64,000 nt of DNA. It comes from Botryllus schlosseri (Eukaryota). Position numbers and translations under genes: made by a program. Shown one piece after another: positions 62,501 to 64,000 of this stretch (within the stretch, counting starts at the first letter, position 1; every line of letters starts with the position of its first letter). The notes under the pieces were generated by a model. The model worked only from the letters and a program-made list of their open reading frames with translations. It was not told the DNA's origin and made no database searches. Where the stretch lies: assembly GCA_051294905.1 (NCBI GenBank), contig CM119378.1, positions 15,004,001 to 15,068,000 of the forward strand, given 5' to 3'.

Positions 62501-62680
62501 ATGTATAGGCTATCCATATGCCTAAGTGCTGGCGACTACTGGGAAAACAGTCACACGTTCATGATCACGCAAGCAAAACTTACCGATATATCCGCTCAGC
62601 TAATTTCAAAGGTTTTTCTGCAATGTCTTCATAACGAACCCTGAGATAGTTCCTTGAAGAGACTATGCCTCCTGTTTGAT
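59010..62680 (-). CDS. Carbohydrate 6-O-sulfotransferase paralogue B, 3' three exons (62680-62584, 61636-61519, 59252-59010); large 5' exon beyond the right edge
   Basis: RYEDIAEKPLKLAERIYR|FLDLPLPKIVTDWVETATTDPKLTM..|..PYGTIRDSRTAASKWRQKM..VQTSCAYVMRRLGYKPVFS; same intron positions and phases as paralogue A. Confidence 0.9.
59547..59576. repeat. (GA)n microsatellite
   Basis: agagagagagagagagagagagagggagag. Confidence 0.9.
59780..61262 (-). mobile_element. Degenerate CR1/L2-type LINE reverse transcriptase fragment in a CHST-B intron, split by a MITE
   Basis: PQGSVLGPTFFLIYMND, LFADDT, WLQANKLSLNADKT, KYLGVAID and QNRAIRFI in frameshifted pieces; removing the MITE restores FHSHLQYGVVEWG. Confidence 0.88.
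60261..60777. mobile_element. hAT-type MITE inserted in the LINE
   Basis: Ends (TA)TAGGGCTGG/CCAGCCCTA; 8-bp TSD ATTGCAGG at 60253-60260 and 60778-60785. Confidence 0.88.
61671..62491. mobile_element. hAT-type MITE with internal repeat units shared with 11340-12340
   Basis: Ends CAGTGTCGTAAC/GTTACAGTCCTG; TSD CATGCTGC/CATGTAGC (2 mismatches); it expands this intron to 947 bp versus 83 bp in paralogue A. Confidence 0.7.
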
Positions 62681-62722
62681 CTAAATATATGTATGCATAT
62701 AGCAGATAGCATAGGCTGTTAC

Positions 62723-63925
62723 TAGAGATGGTGTGAACTAGGGATGGTGTGAACCTCTGGAAGGTTCAGGTTCGTGTGAACGCGAACCTTTTCGAAAGGT
62801 TCTGTGTGAACGCGAACGTGAGCCTCATGACGTCACGTGACGTCATATTGCTAATTCCAACCCTATCTTTCAATGAAGTGATAGCTTATATTTATGTGCA
62901 CGATACCTAGCGACGACCCGGGCCAAATAATGCCACAATGCTGAAGTACATATTGGCGTTTTAAACGTAGCTGAATGTATCAACCGCGGTAATAAAAGAA
63001 TATAATAATCCCCAAAATCAATACATTCCGTCGCTTTGCCAATAATTTCGTCGAGGACTTACCTGAGAATATAAGCTTACGCCTTAACGGTCTTGGTCAG
63101 ACCGGACAATGTATTTGGAGTCTGAGTATTGCTATACGTTGATATTGAACAGAGTGTAAAACGGGTTTCTATAGTGGCTACCGATACCACAAACAACAAG
63201 TTATACAGCAGTGGCCAACACCTTAATCGCACGGATTTGGTTTTGATGAGACAGTAAAGATATGAAGTCAAGATTGACCCCGTACGCCTGCTAGATTTTT
63301 TACATCAGAAAACGATATCAATGTAATTGATTGGTTGAATAAGCATCATTTGCTGACTACGTATTTCGCTCGTGATGTTGTATGATTGCGGGTCAAGCTC
63401 ACAGCAGATAGTCACTAAATATTCACGAACGGAGAGCTGGATATTTCGAGAAAACTTTTGTAACAAAGCAAGTAAAATTGTCAAGGTGCATGCTAGTTTA
63501 GTGTTGATTTTTTATGCTGCCAGCGCCATGCATAGAGTGGTCCGCAGTTGAAATGCAAAAAATTTGAACCAAAGATCTTATATAATGATGTGAAAATTGC
63601 AATTTACCAGAAAGGTTCACAGTGCAGAACCTACCAAGGTTCTGTTGTGAACGCGAACCTCTAAATTTTCGAGGTTCACACACAGAACGCGAACGTGAAC
63701 CTCACGTTCACACCATATTTAGTGTGAACCTCTGAAAGGATCAGGTTCGTGTGAACGCGAACCTTTTTGAAAGGTTCTGTGAGAACGCGAACGTGAGCCT
63801 CGTGACGTCACGTGATGTCATATTGCTAATTCCAATCCTACATTTCAGTGAAGTGATTGCCTATATTAATGTACGCGATAGGCTACCTAGCAACGACTCG
63901 GGACACATAACGCCACAATGCTGTA
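62723..63925. mobile_element. Head-to-tail tandem of the TAGGGATGGTGTGAAC MITE family (near-full copy 62739-63716, partial copy from ~63722)
   Basis: Homologous to 50293-51266; left TIR present twice (62723 and 62739); the right TIR is cut at CACCAT and followed directly by a second 5' end. Confidence 0.85.
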
Positions 63926-64000
63926 GTAGACAGACAGACAGACAGACAGAAGTTTATTTTCAGGTGTAAGAAAGTAGTGCTGTGAAATGGTGGCCAGCGA

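Overview
Eukaryotic, AT-rich (roughly 38% GC) genomic DNA with short GT-AG introns (minimum about 60 bp). It is most likely a compact-genome invertebrate chordate such as an ascidian; this is inferred from gene, intron and repeat style only. Five recognisable genes lie on the minus strand: a Tribbles pseudokinase (5' three exons, running off the left edge), a complete 6-exon R-Ras/TC21 GTPase, an 8-exon CNPPD1, and two tandem carbohydrate 6-O-sulfotransferase paralogues (the second runs off the right edge). A small phase-consistent plus-strand orphan gene is a further candidate. Introns and intergenic DNA are packed with non-autonomous hAT-type MITEs (many with verifiable 8-bp TSDs, some nested), CR1/L2-type LINE fragments, a tRNA-derived SINE and Penelope-like elements (PLEs). 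The most striking structures are four long palindromes. One is a TSD-flanked 1.6-kb head-to-head PLE palindrome carrying an intact GIY-YIG endonuclease ORF and a hammerhead-ribozyme-like motif on each arm but no reverse transcriptase; two older copies show the same tailed/tailless architecture. Another is a fold-back element with (TTAGGG)-like then (CCCTAA)-like arrays. No prokaryotic features or CRISPR arrays were seen. All coordinates were derived by hand and no database searches were run.
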